The notes: generated by a model not told the origin, from the sequence alone. A stretch of DNA of 62,991 bases, filler included, from Octopus bimaculoides (GCF_001194135.2; 5 parts of 4 records of this genome joined end to end with filler, not necessarily neighbours in it); one strand, 5' to 3'; positions 49,501-62,991 are shown, counted from the whole stretch's first letter. A program made the numbers and translations.

Positions 49501-51527
49501 TATTACAAGAAATTATTGCTGAAGATCAAATCGTTATCATAACATATATGGGGTAGCTAATTTTCTGAATTCCAATATTTAGATATTTATAACTGGATAA
49601 AATAGATTTTAATTTCGAATACATTTTGATTGTTGGAAAGAAGCGTTCAACAAAAATATTTCAGGAACATGTTCTAACTCAAACCCTCATCCGCATCCCA
49701 AACCTTTCATGATGGCTAATAGTACATCTGACATAGAAATAAATAAATCGATGTGTTTGTTGTAAATTTTGACACAATTATACAAAGCAGTATCAGTAAA
49801 TCTAACAAAGACACCTTTTCGAATGTATTCATCAACTACTCACACTTCAAAGTGCGAAAGTCACTAGAAAACTTGATGAACTCACCTGCACATCTTCTCC
49901 AAAATTTCTTCTAGTATAGGCGCCAGGGAGAAAACAGAATAAGAGTCAATCAGTCGATGGTTTTATGTAACGGGAAATGATGTATTCGCTCAAAGTTACA
50001 GGATACATAAAACAAGTTGCGTGTCTAGAATTCCGACTGTTATTATACACGTTTCTCTGACCGAATCCAAACGTATGCTGTTCGCCCAGAACAACACCAC
50101 ACACGCCTTCTCAAAGTTGTAATTTTATTCTGTTTCTTTACTGTCCTCTAGCCAAACAATAGCAGGTATCAATCTCCTGATCTACTTAGTTTTATAGCAC
50201 ACCAAGTAAAGCACACACATTCTATGTACATGATTGCTTATCAAAATCACCCAAACTAGATTATGATTTGAAGGCAATAAAATATTACAGCGTATACCCG
50301 CATGAGCATATGCGTTTGTATTAGAAAGTGACTTTCTTATTTTGCCAGTAGCCAAATAAGCTCTCTCATCTAAAGAAAACCTGATGCAAGCTTTCGACAA
50401 CCTGAGCCATGTATGCTATCCTTACGCTCCTCTAAAGGCGTCAAGTAAGATTTTGCTTGAGGAATATAATGCTTCTATATCTTGAAAGTGCAGAGACTTT
50501 GTTGAGATTGAATGAGAATTCGATATATGGAGGTTAGCAAATAAAATTGTATGTATATTCCAATATTGTTGTTGTAAATAAATGACATGATGTACCGCTA
50601 AATTCTAGTGGCTGTCTATCCATTGTGAATTAACTTTCAAGCCGGTCTTTAAGAAAGTAATGCTATCAATTTATTGTTTAAGATTACATCAGTCACAATA
50701 ATTACACTTAGTGGATTAGTGCCAAGATTTTTGAGAATCTTGATTTCATGCAAAGGATATCGAGGCTAGAAATATTTCATTCGTTTTGTATACTTTCAGA
50801 GGGGAGTTGTGATTTTGTGGAAACTTTGTGGTTATATAAGGTACGTTAAATATACGATGCGCAGGATCTGCTTTATCATATATAAACTACGTACACGCAT
50901 ATACATATACACACACATACATGTATGCACAGACACACAGACACACACATGTGTACACGCACATACACATGTACGCATGCACACACACATGCACACACAA
51001 GGACAATGGAGGGGGTAAGTCGATTACATGGGTCCCGGTTTCCCCTGGTACTTACTTTATCGACACCAAAATGAGGGAAGGTCAAATGAATCTCCAATCT
51101 TTTCGTTCTAAGGCTATTTTTTCAGAGATCTTGTGAGCTCTATTCGTTGCTCAGTGGCTCCTATTAATATACACGTATATAGGCACATAAGGAAACATGC
51201 AATTGTAGCGACAGAAGCAACGCGTACACCACAAAGAGCTATTAATTTTTCTCACGTACCTCCCCGGCGAATTGACAAAGGGAAGAATCGATAGTGCCAG
51301 GGCCAGAGCGAAATCCACAGTGATTCAAGATAGATGTAATTTATGACATGTTTTACGATCCTGTCAAGAATCGGGTGAGCAAGTCTATTACCAGCAATAG
51401 ACGGAAGTGATATCTCACCGCGATTTCCATAGCCTGTTACATGCTCAGGTCCTCAGCGATTAAACCGCAACCCCGCTGAGCTTGCTTGTTGAAGACGGGG
51501 ATTGGTGGACACCTTGCGCGTCAATAT

Positions 51528-51753
51528 CGAGCTGGGAGAATCGTTAGCACACCAGGCGAAATGCTTAACAGTATTTCGTCTGCTGCTACGTTCTGGGTTT
51601 AAATTCCGCCGAGGTCGAATTTGCCTTTCATCCTTTCGGGGTCGATTAAATAAGTACCAGTTTCGCAGTGGGGTCGATGTAATGGACTTAGTCCCTTTGA
51701 CTATCCCTGTTTGTCCCATCTATGTTTAGCTCCCCTTGTGGGCAATAAAGAAT
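51528..51753 (+). mobile_element. Family A SINE (tail type 2)
   Basis: CGAGCTGGGAGAATCGTTAGCACACCAGGCGAAATGC...GTGGGCAATAAAGAAT. Confidence 0.9.
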
Positions 51754-51781
51754 TATATATATATATATATATATATACATA

Positions 51782-51829
51782 CGTGTATAAGGGAGGACCA
51801 CTAGGTGGACATCCAATATGCTAGAAAGA
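51782..51829. mobile_element. Isolated terminus of the foldback element family seen at 62301-62688
   Basis: CGTGTATAAGGGAGGACCACTAGGTGGACATCCAATATGCTAGAAAGA directly after (TA)n; matches 62301-62347. Confidence 0.75.
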
Positions 51830-52550
51830 TAGAGGGAGAGAGAGATCATCTATTTGTTTCATCCAATGCACTGTGGTCATACACAAGACACACAACAAGA
51901 CACACACACACGAACACAAAAACACACACACACAAAAGCACACGCACATAAGTATGTTTATGAAAATGTGCCTGTGTATGTCTGAAAGTTTCAAGTATAT
52001 CATACTACCACATTGCATAGCATGCAATTAACCACACAAGTTTTGCAAAGTTTAATATGAATCACATATTCGCATTTTACTGGGTGAGCATAGGAGTGCT
52101 AGTCTGTGTTGTGGGTGTGTGTGTGTGTGTATTTGGTTCTTTATATTTTTGCATGACACTCATGTAGTTCTTGTCTGTATGGCTACAGTAGCGTGTGTCC
52201 CTATGTGCATATCTGCGTGTTTATTTTCAAGTAAATATATTACAAAAATGTATAACATGAGAATCTTCTTCTAGATAAGTGTTTACCGAATGAATACATT
52301 GTGGAATTGGAAGTGCCTGATATAGAAATATAATTAAATATAATGCAGTATATAAAGAAAATTCTGGCATGTACTTTTCTTAGGAATTTATTATATTTAT
52401 AGTAAAGGTAAAGATATCAAAACATATTATATTTATATAGAGATACATACATGTATGTATGTATGTATATATATATATATATGTGTGTGTATGTATGTAT
52501 ATATCTCTATATGTATATCTATCTATATATATATTTCTAAAATATATCTG

Positions 52551-52586
<36 letters not shown>

Positions 52587-53497
52587 TTATCTCTTTCTAT
52601 ATATATACGTATATATATGTATGTACATTTATCTATATCTCTATCTATATATCTATATATATATATATATATAATAGGTGAATATGTAACGTTTTTGGTG
52701 TTTATATAACTTTTTTTTTTTACTTCTATATGGTCACTTAGTCATTGCGGCTGACGGGAGCGAAAAGCCACGGAAATTATGATATCGATAAACACCTATA
52801 TTCTATTTATACTATAAAAACAATTGACTAAATGATTATTGATTGGAAATAGATTAAGAGTGATCACGATCTAATTGATATAACTTGCGGAGGGGTTAAG
52901 TCTAATCCCACAACACTACTCGTTAACAGTTGCGGTTTCCTGTTCCCGAGTAGCCTTTGATTGTTCCATAAAATAGTTTGTTTCACCGAAAACGTAAACG
53001 GTAATATTCATAGCATTATTCGCCCTTGCCATGAAAAATCAAAATAACGAATGCTAAGCAAAACATCAACGTCAAATATAAGCTATATTCTTCAAGGTCA
53101 GAGGCTATCAAATGATAGAAAACATATTATTATAGAAATAAAGTGCCAGGACACAGTTCGGATGTACTATTAAGTTTCTAAAAGTAAATATTGAAATAAT
53201 ATATATGTCTTAAATAATGGCGTATATTATGTATATTAAATCATACGATCTATTCATGTAATTGAAATTTAGGAATGGCATTTCTCTGTAAACACTTAAC
53301 TCTACGATATAAGCATTGTTTGAAGTTTTTAAGACACACACGCGCTCATATATATATANNNNNNNNNNNNNNNNNNNNNNNNNNNNNNNNNNNNNNNNNN
53401 NNNNNNNNNNNNNNNNNNNNNNNNNNNNNNNNNNNNNNNNNNNNNNNNNNNNNNNNNNNNNNNNNNNNNNNNNNNNNNNNNNNNNNNNNNNNNNNNN

Positions 53498-53532
<35 letters not shown>

Positions 53533-54327
53533 AAGGTAAGAAAGAAAGATACAAGAAAGAAAGGAGGACGAACGAAATTTGGGAAGTAACAGTGTTCTTT
53601 AGTAGGAGGGCATGAATCACTTAGGGCAGGTGTTCGAATTGTAAAATAATTCAATGGCAGGTGTGTGAGGAACTGAATTTAGAACAAATTGGAAATTACA
53701 AAGGCCTTGGTAAAGGTGAGGAAAATTAGTAGCTGGAAAATTAAAGTAGATATCTATAAATGAGTGTATCCATTTTGTATTTGGATATGAATTCGTGTGT
53801 TGAAACAATTTTGTGGTGTCTTGGAGAGTAATTATTCCAATAATAATTATAACACAGGCATATGCTCAATTCTATTGCTTTATTGTTAGTCCACAGGTGG
53901 AATGAAGTGAAGCTGCACCTGTTATTCTTATTGGTGTCATGACTCTTCCAAGACTTGAGGAAAGATAAGTAAGTAGAAATAAATAAAATGAAAATTATAA
54001 ATTGATTAGAAACAAAGAGAAAATGAAAGCTTAACGGTCTCAGAAAATAAGGAAAATAGGTAAAATAACGGGTGTTGTTAGGGTGGTGATTTGGGTTAGA
54101 ATAATGGTCGGTTATTCCATGATAAGTCATGAGAGATTGGCGGTGATGGTAATAATTGAGATGAGGAAAAAGAGTAGAGTACTGATGAAGTAAAACAAAA
54201 GTTAAACATGGAGATATGATAAGGGAAAAGGAGAGCAGAAAGAAGCTAGAAAGCAGAGAATCGGAAATGTTGTGAGAATGATAAAACTGGACATTGTAAT
54301 AAAATTCTTCCCCGATTCCCCCAACGT

Positions 54328-54482
54328 CGTGGCTGTGTAGAAAGAAGTTTGATTCCCAAACACACTGTTCAGAGTTCTATTCAACAGAGTAGTATGTTCG
54401 GCGTCTACTATAGCCTCGGATCGACAAAAGTCTTAAGTTGATTTGGGAGACGGAAACTGAAAGAAGCCTGTCATATACACAC

Positions 54483-54532
<50 letters not shown>

Positions 54533-54765
54533 TTGTGCGTCTGTGTGTCTGTGTGACTTTGTGTCTGTGTTTGTTCCCACAACCGCTTCACAACCACTAT
54601 TGTTGTGTTTACGTTCTCGTACTGTAGCTGTTTGGCAAATGTGACAAATAGAATATGTGCCAGGCTTTATAAAAAAATAATAAATACTGGCGTCGATTTG
54701 TACGACAAGTATTCTTCGGAGAGGCGCCCCAGTATGGCCACAGTCTAATGACTAACGCAAATAAA
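54328..54765 (+). mobile_element. Family C (CORE-type) SINE with internal microsatellite
   Basis: CGTGGCTGTGTAGAAAGAAG head, CTACTATAGCCTCGG...GACGGAAACTGAAAGAAGCC, (TA)(TG)n, and the tail shared with 2716-3185. Confidence 0.85.
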
Positions 54766-55826
54766 ATATGACATATAAATAATTGAAAATCGTAGAAAAA
54801 TATTGAAAATATGCGGAAGGCTTTGAAAAATAGAATCGTAAGCATCTTAAGAAATGCAAAATTAAAGAGTAAGAACTCTGAACAGTAAAATATAAGGAAG
54901 ATTAAATAGAAATCCGAGAAAACGCAATCACAAAAATATAAAAATTACACAAAAGAAATTAAAAACTAAAAACTGGAGACAACTGGTTGAGTGTGGGGAA
55001 ATGAGTCAAATGATTGTGATAACATCCGATTCTGGTTTGTTTACAGCCCTGTAAACCTAAACGCTCGGTGAAAAAAAAAAGAAAGATTTGTGGCGATTTG
55101 TTCGTGCTAAAACGTTTCCAGTCGGATTGCCGAAATTGTTGTGGTCCAACGACTGAAACATAAGAGACATACTCAACGTGAATATGTATCGCCAAACTGT
55201 ATGTGCTAATGTGTATGTGAAGTGTGTGAGTGACCTGCGACCCACCATAAATAATCACGTCCTGTATGTCCTAAATTGTGAAAAATTCTCTTTATGTAAG
55301 ACATAAACAAGAATCTGTAGTAAGAAATTTTTAGTTATTCAATTATCTTGCTTACGCTTTATTCTGCCTGAGACAGTTTTCGTTGCATTATGATTAGCAT
55401 AACACAAATGTAAACATCACACACATACATCTAAACCACAGGATCGAAATGGCCAATGCTGCACAAATCGGTTCATTTCTATACTTACTGAGTCTGATTC
55501 ATCTCCTCATGTATTTATTTATTGTCTATGTTATCTATCGGTAACGGAAATATTTTTCAGTATTTTGTATGGTAAATATTGAACCAGAAAGTTCATTTGA
55601 ATGTCATACGAACTGGTAAAATATTTTCTTTGACAATGTCTTGCATGGCATTTCTAAGAACCGCAAATTCTCTGATTGTTTCATATATTGTGATTGAAAT
55701 AAAATGGAAAAAGTGTTTTGATATACTCTTTCAAGTACCGTAAACAGAGCTTGCATGTATGCATGCGTGCGTGTGTGTATTTATACATATGTATGTATAT
55801 AGATACATACATATATATATACACAC

Positions 55827-55873
<47 letters not shown>

Positions 55874-57227
55874 TGTGGTGTGTGTGTGTATGTGTATCTA
55901 GGTTCATATATACAGATCTGCGCACACACGTCTATACACATTCATACACAAACATATGCACGTATATATGTGTCCGTGTGTGTGTGTGTGCTTGTGTGTT
56001 TAAGTGTCTATGTGTGTGTTTGTGTATGTACGTGTGCACGTGTGTGTGTGTACATACACTTACATAAATTGTAACACAAAGTAGTGACCGGAATTGAACA
56101 AAGTTAGTTCAAATGTGATTTCAACATACTTCAACTTCTAAAGGCAATTTGTTTTCAGTTTACCGAAGAGACAAACATATTTCTTACGTTGAAAAGTTTA
56201 AATGCTCAACTATGAACTTAGTGGCGTTCGGTACTAAGGACTTAGATGCATTTCGGGGTTGTTATGTCATCATTACTGGAGCTAACCCTGAGCTGACAGT
56301 AAGCTGTATCTTTGAAATTAATCAGAGAAGACTAAAGCCTGATTTACGTTAGTAGAGCGCACACTTTGTACAATTACATTAGTATTAGCGCAAAGCTGTG
56401 GTGTGAAATAAACAAACTTTCGGTTAGTTCTAATATTCGTGTGAGATATGCTATCATCTAGAAACAATTTCACAGCAGTTTACTGTGAAGAAAAATATCT
56501 CTGTTATGATAAAAGGTGTAAATATACCCTTATCTGTACAGTGACGCATTCCTTTTCACACAGCTATATTACAGTACACAATGCATCAAATAAAATAAGA
56601 GATAGATATATTTTATGACACCTACTCTCGAGTAGAATTTCAATTGCATCTTGCATGAATAGTAAAATTTTATTATTCCACTTTTCATATATTTTTGATA
56701 TAAGGATTCTGAAAAGTAAATTGAGCATAATCGACAAGCAAGCACAAAGTTATTTTAAACGAATTACTCATAAATAATGGCTTCGAATTTTGACAGAAGA
56801 CCAGAAAGTCCGGGAATGCTTTTGTTCTTATCCAATCCAACGCAGAAAATGTTAACGATAGATTTGCATTACCAAATAAGCATTTGAATAGTGAAAGTGG
56901 TCAGCATCACAGTGTTCTCTTATTATGTAAATTTACCGGTGGTTTCTCTCTCATGATTCGATGGAGTGTTTTTTTTTCTTTTAATTCAGTTTATAAATGT
57001 TTGTGCGTGCATATATCTGTGTCTATAATTTGTGTGAATTCTCTGCATTTATCTAACAGACTATAATAGGTTCATATATTATGTAGAGTTGTTGCTGTTC
57101 AAGAATGTATTTCATAGTTCTTTATGCTTAAATCCCTACACGTCCTGCAACCAATTGCAACACTTTTTTTTATGAATGAATGATTGAATGGGCCCGACTG
57201 ACAAATAACTTGAACGAATACGTTAAT

Positions 57228-57247
57228 TTATTACTATTATTATTATC

Positions 57248-57298
<51 letters not shown>
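57228..57298. repeat. (ATT)n microsatellite
   Basis: Directly visible. Confidence 0.95.
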
Positions 57299-57299
<1 letters not shown>

Positions 57300-59828
57300 G
57301 AAGTAGAAGTATCATTGTTCTTGTTTCCGTTTATGTTTGAATCAGTATTATTATTGTTAATGTTACAATATATTATAGCATTTGTTTTCAGTTTTTACCA
57401 TCTAGAAGTCTGTAAACATGATTTATGGAAGATAGTAAAAGTATGATGAGTTAAACCAGTAATTACTGAGTTTTGAGTGTTAATGATAATTGTATTCTCT
57501 ATAGGGCGCTTTACTTTCCATCTTTTTATTTGGTTTAATTGCAAGGGAAATGGTGAAGAAACACAATATAAACACAAATTAAATATTTAGAAAATGTAAG
57601 AAAGGAAAATTTTGCAAAAAGGAAACTAATAATAATGATAATGCAGAATATTAACAATATGATTCTTTATCAATGAGAGAACGAAATAAAGCAGTAAAAG
57701 TTTTCGCCAGGGCACTGAATTTGTATTCCTGAATAAACAAATAAAAATAATACAACTTGAAATAAATAGATTACATAAAATATTAAAATGTCTAAACAAT
57801 AGCAACTGTAATCATAAAAATTATACAGATAAATGTGATCATGTGTACAACATTATAATATAAATGTCATTAAGAATAGATGAGTAGCAGAAGATGGAAA
57901 GAGGAAGAAATTAAAAAAATTGTAATAATATAAACAGAACTACAGAAATAAAATTCGATTAAGAAATGAAAAATAAAATTGTAGTAGCTAATTACGTGAT
58001 AAAATCTATGCAACTCAAATTTAAAATTAAAAGTAAAAAATATATAGTTTAGACAACAACAGCCAGAAACAATTTTGTTATAAACACGATAATATTACTA
58101 AAAACGCGTAAATAGACTCATAAATAAATTTGGATATACAGACATTTGTTTAGTTAAGTTCCTGTTTATATTTACTACTATTTTATTCTTTTATTTTTAT
58201 TTTCGAGTAACTTTGATTCTGGTGTAAAAATTCCTGGCCATGATGAATTGGTAACGAGTCAGGAAGACACAGAAGATTTTTGAAAACATTTTCTATAAAA
58301 ATTCGAGAATTAAAATAAAATTAAGCAAAATGATGAGTGAGATTAAGAAAATCAACTATTATGCTTTCACAATTAGGAATTATTTACTACCTAAAGGAGA
58401 GGTCACTACGAGAGAATAAAATACGAAGAAATGATAGCAGTATAATTTATGTAAAAAGTTAAGACAAGTGAAGTTCACTTTTTAGAAAATTTCAATATTT
58501 TAGTGGTATTTCATTGTGGGCAAAGGCACTATGGGTTGATGCAGTGTTGAGGCATTCGCTTTGAAACAACACAATCCTAGGTTCGATCCCGCGGTAGAAA
58601 GAAGTTGATCTGGAAGAACCAATAATAAGGCATTGTTCTAGCATGTAATCGGTTCACCAAAATATTCCAAGTGGTATTTAGTCAAAATGTGAACAAGGCC
58701 ACCATATACATAGTGCACAAAAATGTATGTGCATGAGTGTAAATGCTTGTCGGATAGATAATGTGTTGTGCATGTGTCTAGCTAATATATGACCGATGAA
58801 GGGAGTACAGAGACTTTTTTGTATTCAATGAAAGGACATTTAGAATATTTGTAGACACACCTGATAGCAGCATATATAACCAACAAATTACACGTATCAC
58901 AAGTATGCGAAATATTCTTAGCTTGCTAGACAGGAACCTGCATTTAAAAACATATATACAACAGTCATCATAAAGCGTACTATAAACAAATAGAGACTGA
59001 AATTACATTACATTAAAGGCACAACAAAGTCTTTGACTGTGCAGCTTTGTTCAATACGAGATAAAGCTGCAATCGATGCTGTCAAAAAGTTATGTATTGT
59101 AATTCTCAAATCTTTGATTGGTATGAGTAGTCGAGAAAATCAAACTTCGTATAAACATCGAATGTAATTTAATCAATTCGTGTTAAACTAATCCAATAGA
59201 GACATATATACCCAGTACTAGATGCGTGCACGTAAGCGCACATTGAATGCGCATGTGAATGTACATATTTACCCATATTCATGAGCATATATACAGGCAC
59301 GCATGTCAGACCCACACATATATATCTTTGTGCATGTATATAACATACAAGGAAGGGGCAAGGCTTATGACAATACAGAAATGGGGAAGTTGAGTAACCT
59401 GTATATATTTCAGGCACCAAGGGCCATCACCAGATGTCAGTATATATTGATCCTGCCACTTTGCGTATATGTGAAGATGCTGAAATTTAGAAATCGTTTT
59501 GCTTTCACTCCGCACAACAGATCATATAAGCAAAAATACTGGCCTATATACTTGAGGATTAGTCAAACTTATTGATATCATCTCCACATTTACTGGAGTG
59601 GCGGTGCTTCAAGATTTTTGTGTTTTTCATGCTAATTTCGTAATCTATAAAGAAAAAAACATTAAAAAGCTAAAACGAATACAGCATATGCCTTAGATCT
59701 TAAATACTGGCATCATTGCAAATTAGGGGTCACAAATACAAACACACAATACCTCCTTTCTGGAAATGGATTGATATATATGTCTATATGTATATCTATC
59801 TATCTATCTATCTATCTCTATATATATA

Positions 59829-59895
<67 letters not shown>

Positions 59896-60264
59896 GTGTA
59901 GGTATGTATATATATATACATATATGTGTGTGTGTGTGTCTACAGAATAAATCGATATATAGAGATCTTGTATACTTAGGCCGAAATAAATTGACTATAT
60001 CTACTTGTATATCAAAAATTGATCTCCTTCAAATTTTAATACCTTTCAATTGTATAAATTGAAGGATTCCCAATAATGCGTTATTTTGCTATCTCCGCAT
60101 TTTTATCGATTTATTGCATACGCATGATTACTTTAAAGGTGATGCGAAAGTGGTACAGTGTACTTTCCAGAAACGTTACATCTTTGGTCTCCTAGAAATA
60201 CTTAGACCCCCGAAGGCGGGGGGATCTCAGCAATGTCATTTAGTCATTTCAGTAAATCACTTCT

Positions 60265-60422
60265 TTCAGTCATTTGGCTGCGGCCATGCTGGAGCACCGC
60301 CTTTAGTCGAACAAATGGCCCCCAGGAGTTATTCTTTGTGAGCTTAGTATTTCATTTGTAGCTTCTTTTGCCGAACCGCTAATTTACAGAGACGTAAACA
60401 CACTAACATCCGTTGTCAAGCG
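60265..60422 (-). mobile_element. Family C SINE tail portion
   Basis: tttcagtcatttggctgcggccatgctggagcaccgcctttagtcgaacaaat...gccgaaccgctaa...cgttgtcaagcga. Confidence 0.8.
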
Positions 60423-60660
60423 ATATATGTATATATATATATGTATATATATATGTATATATATATGTATTATGTATGTATGCATGTGTATGTATGTATG
60501 TATGTATGGATGGATAGATGCTTTCATAGATTCATGGGTGCATGTATGTATGTGTGTATGTAAGTATTTATGTGTCTCGAAATTGGTGTTTGTTCATTTG
60601 AATACTTAGATATAAGCATTGGTCATATGGCGTATTTTCTGAAGGTTATATATATGTATA

Positions 60661-60691
<31 letters not shown>

Positions 60692-60791
60692 NNNNNNNNN
60701 NNNNNNNNNNNNNNNNNNNNNNNNNNNNNNNNNNNTTAATTAATTAANNNNNNNNNNNNNNNNNNNNNNNNNNNNNNNNNNNNNNNNNNNN

Positions 60792-60986
60792 GGCAATTAA
60801 TAATAGAATTAATAATTAACAATTTTGCCAAGTAGTTCAGTATGAAAAAACCTTTATCGGTAAAACGATTTATCATCATAAATATACAGAGATTAGCATT
60901 GAGTTGCTTCTCCAACATACTGAAAATTTCTAAATTTTCAGTATGTTGGAGAAGCAACTCAATGCTAATCCCTGTATATTTATGAT
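60792..60986. mobile_element. PLE-type terminal segment with 55-bp near-perfect hairpin
   Basis: Arms 60875-60930 / 60933-60986 (1 mismatch, 1 indel, 2-nt loop); same family as 20017-20257. Confidence 0.7.
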
Positions 60987-61939
60987 TATATATATGTATA
61001 TATATATATATACATATTCGTTTTTGTTACCCTGACCACTGAAGGGTTATAGGTTTTTCTCACTTTCCTACTAACAATTAATCGTACACATATGAGACAA
61101 GCATTTACAACTAATCTCTGGTACTTATTTGAACGAAATACTGATTTTCTTGAAGTTAGCATCATGAGGAGAAGGATTAGGTTAACTTTTGATAATAATA
61201 TAGTTTAATCCTTTACAAGGCGTATATATTGGGTGAGAAACAAATGACTGCCTGCATAGACATTTTATTGACGCATGTTGCCATTGTAAGGGCTTTAGCT
61301 TTTGTTGTGTAGTTGGATACGTTCATATCATTTGGTATTATTCGCATATAAATTATAACGTTTCTGGAATATCATATGCAGTGTTTCGATTAAAATGTTT
61401 TTTTTCTTAGTAAGCATTTAGTGGGAAGGATAGCAATGGCAATTTTAGAAACGCATTAGGATTATGAAATGTTTTTGATCATATGCTGTTATTTTGTGCA
61501 GTTGATGGATATCACAGCATGATTTTGAAATATTTTAAAACATACTCATCATGTTTTTGATATTATTAAAATATTAATGTAATACTACATTTGCATTTGA
61601 AATTTATGAAATATTTATGAGTTATGAATTACCAATTTTAGTAATTTATCTAAATATTAATATGCCTTTTAGTACTCATGCAGAAAGTGTAATAACATAG
61701 CTGTGTAATCGTCTTGTATAGAATATGTTAACTTCTAAGTAAGAATTAAGAATATGGTACACAGGAAATTATGCATAGTAATAAATGGATATATGTATAC
61801 AGACGTACGCTTATACAGATTGATTCTGTGTTAAGAAGTTTGATACCCGATCACACTTCGTGACGCTTTGGGCGGGTGACGTCTACATTAGTAATGGGGT
61901 GAGTGGTTTTCTAAAAGAGGCTGACACATTTGTAGACAT

Positions 61940-62032
61940 AAGTACTAGGTTCGATTTCTAAACATAAGTACTGGGTTAGATTTGTTCGATTTAAACCCTT
62001 AAAAAGGGTGCGCCAGGAGGGCCGCAGTCCAA
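61940..62032 (+). mobile_element. Family C SINE tail fragment
   Basis: aagtactaggtt...ataagtactgggttagatttgttcga...gccaggagggccgcagtccaat. Confidence 0.65.
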
Positions 62033-62182
62033 TATATAAGAACCTACATATACAACAATATACGTACACAAACCTACGCACGCATATATATTTAGTACAC
62101 TCTCTCTGTTCCTCTGCACACACGCAAATACAAATATATATGTATATAGATATAAAAACATAAACACATATATACATACATA

Positions 62183-62217
<35 letters not shown>

Positions 62218-62232
62218 ACACANNNNNNNNNN

Positions 62233-62296
<64 letters not shown>

Positions 62297-62300
62297 TATA

Positions 62301-62688
62301 CGTGTATAAGGGATGAGCACTAGGTGGACATCCAATACACTAGAAAGAGGTTATCAACGACCCAACCACAAAAAGGCATTTTAGAAAATAGCCCCAATGT
62401 AATCGGTAGAACTATAAGCAAGTCTTATTTCATGAAGACTATTCGAGTATAGTTCTGCAAATTATATTTATTCGAGAACGTCTATGCTGATGAGAATACG
62501 GATGTTGATACATAAGTAAAACGTTAATGTTCGAAACTGCAGTACATAGATAATTCTATATTCTGTATATTTCTCATGTTGTCCTGTTCTGGTGTATTGT
62601 GAATTTTTTCTGGAGAACATTATTTTTCTTTGTGGTTGAGTCGTTGATGACCTCATTCTAGCATAGTGGATGTCCACCCTTATACACG
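62301..62688 (+). mobile_element. Non-autonomous foldback element with a central intact hammerhead
   Basis: Inverted arms 62301-62373 / 62628-62688 (CGTGTATAAGGG, GGTGGACATCCA, CTAGAA.GAGGT.ATCAACGAC.CAACCACAAA); internal branched hairpin 62405-62457; hammerhead 62481-62550; abuts (TA)n. Confidence 0.8.
62481..62550 (+). ncRNA. Minimal type-I hammerhead ribozyme, core intact
   Basis: Stem I TCTATG/CATAGA; core CTGATGA (62487-62493); stem II GAATA/TGTTC with G10.1-C11.1; GAAA (62533-62536); palindromic stem III ACTGCAGT; GUA cleavage triplet with predicted cut after 62544. Confidence 0.88.
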
Positions 62689-62764
62689 TGTAATACAATT
62701 TTTTCTGAATTTTCAGATCTTTTTATATGCTAGTCCACTTGGTTTTGAATTGAATCAATATTCA

Positions 62765-62765
<1 letters not shown>

Positions 62766-62846
<81 letters not shown>

Positions 62847-62848
62847 AT
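62766..62848. repeat. (ATCT)n microsatellite
   Basis: Tetranucleotide run with one interruption. Confidence 0.95.
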
Positions 62849-62991
62849 ATTCAAGGCTTGAATATGGTACTTATGCGAAGGCACCCGAATATCACATCCC
62901 AAAAGGATAGGTGATTAAAATCAAACAATAAGCAACACGGATTTCAAAGGTGATTGCAGTACGCACGTTTCATGCTACTTCAATTTATTTA

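Overview
AT-rich, gap-riddled, repeat-dominated animal genomic DNA. The SINE families and microsatellite load suggest an octopus/coleoid cephalopod draft assembly (inference, not searched). No host protein-coding gene could be confidently identified; almost all ORF-track entries are microsatellite or N-run artefacts. The window holds three tRNA-derived SINE families (labelled A, B, C here), decayed LINE fragments (RTE and RLE-type), a Tc1 fragment, hAT-like and other MITEs, a non-autonomous Helitron with nested elements, and several Penelope-like element (PLE) remnants. Most interesting: (i) a window-wide set of hammerhead-ribozyme (HHR) motifs in PLE-type and foldback elements whose ends abut (TA)n, including an apparently intact minimal type-I hammerhead (62481-62550) at the centre of a ~390-bp foldback element; (ii) a decayed PLE whose GIY-YIG nuclease motifs are separated in frame by 139 codons of Thr/Ala/Pro-rich sequence. 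SINE boundaries are approximate unless a TSD is given.
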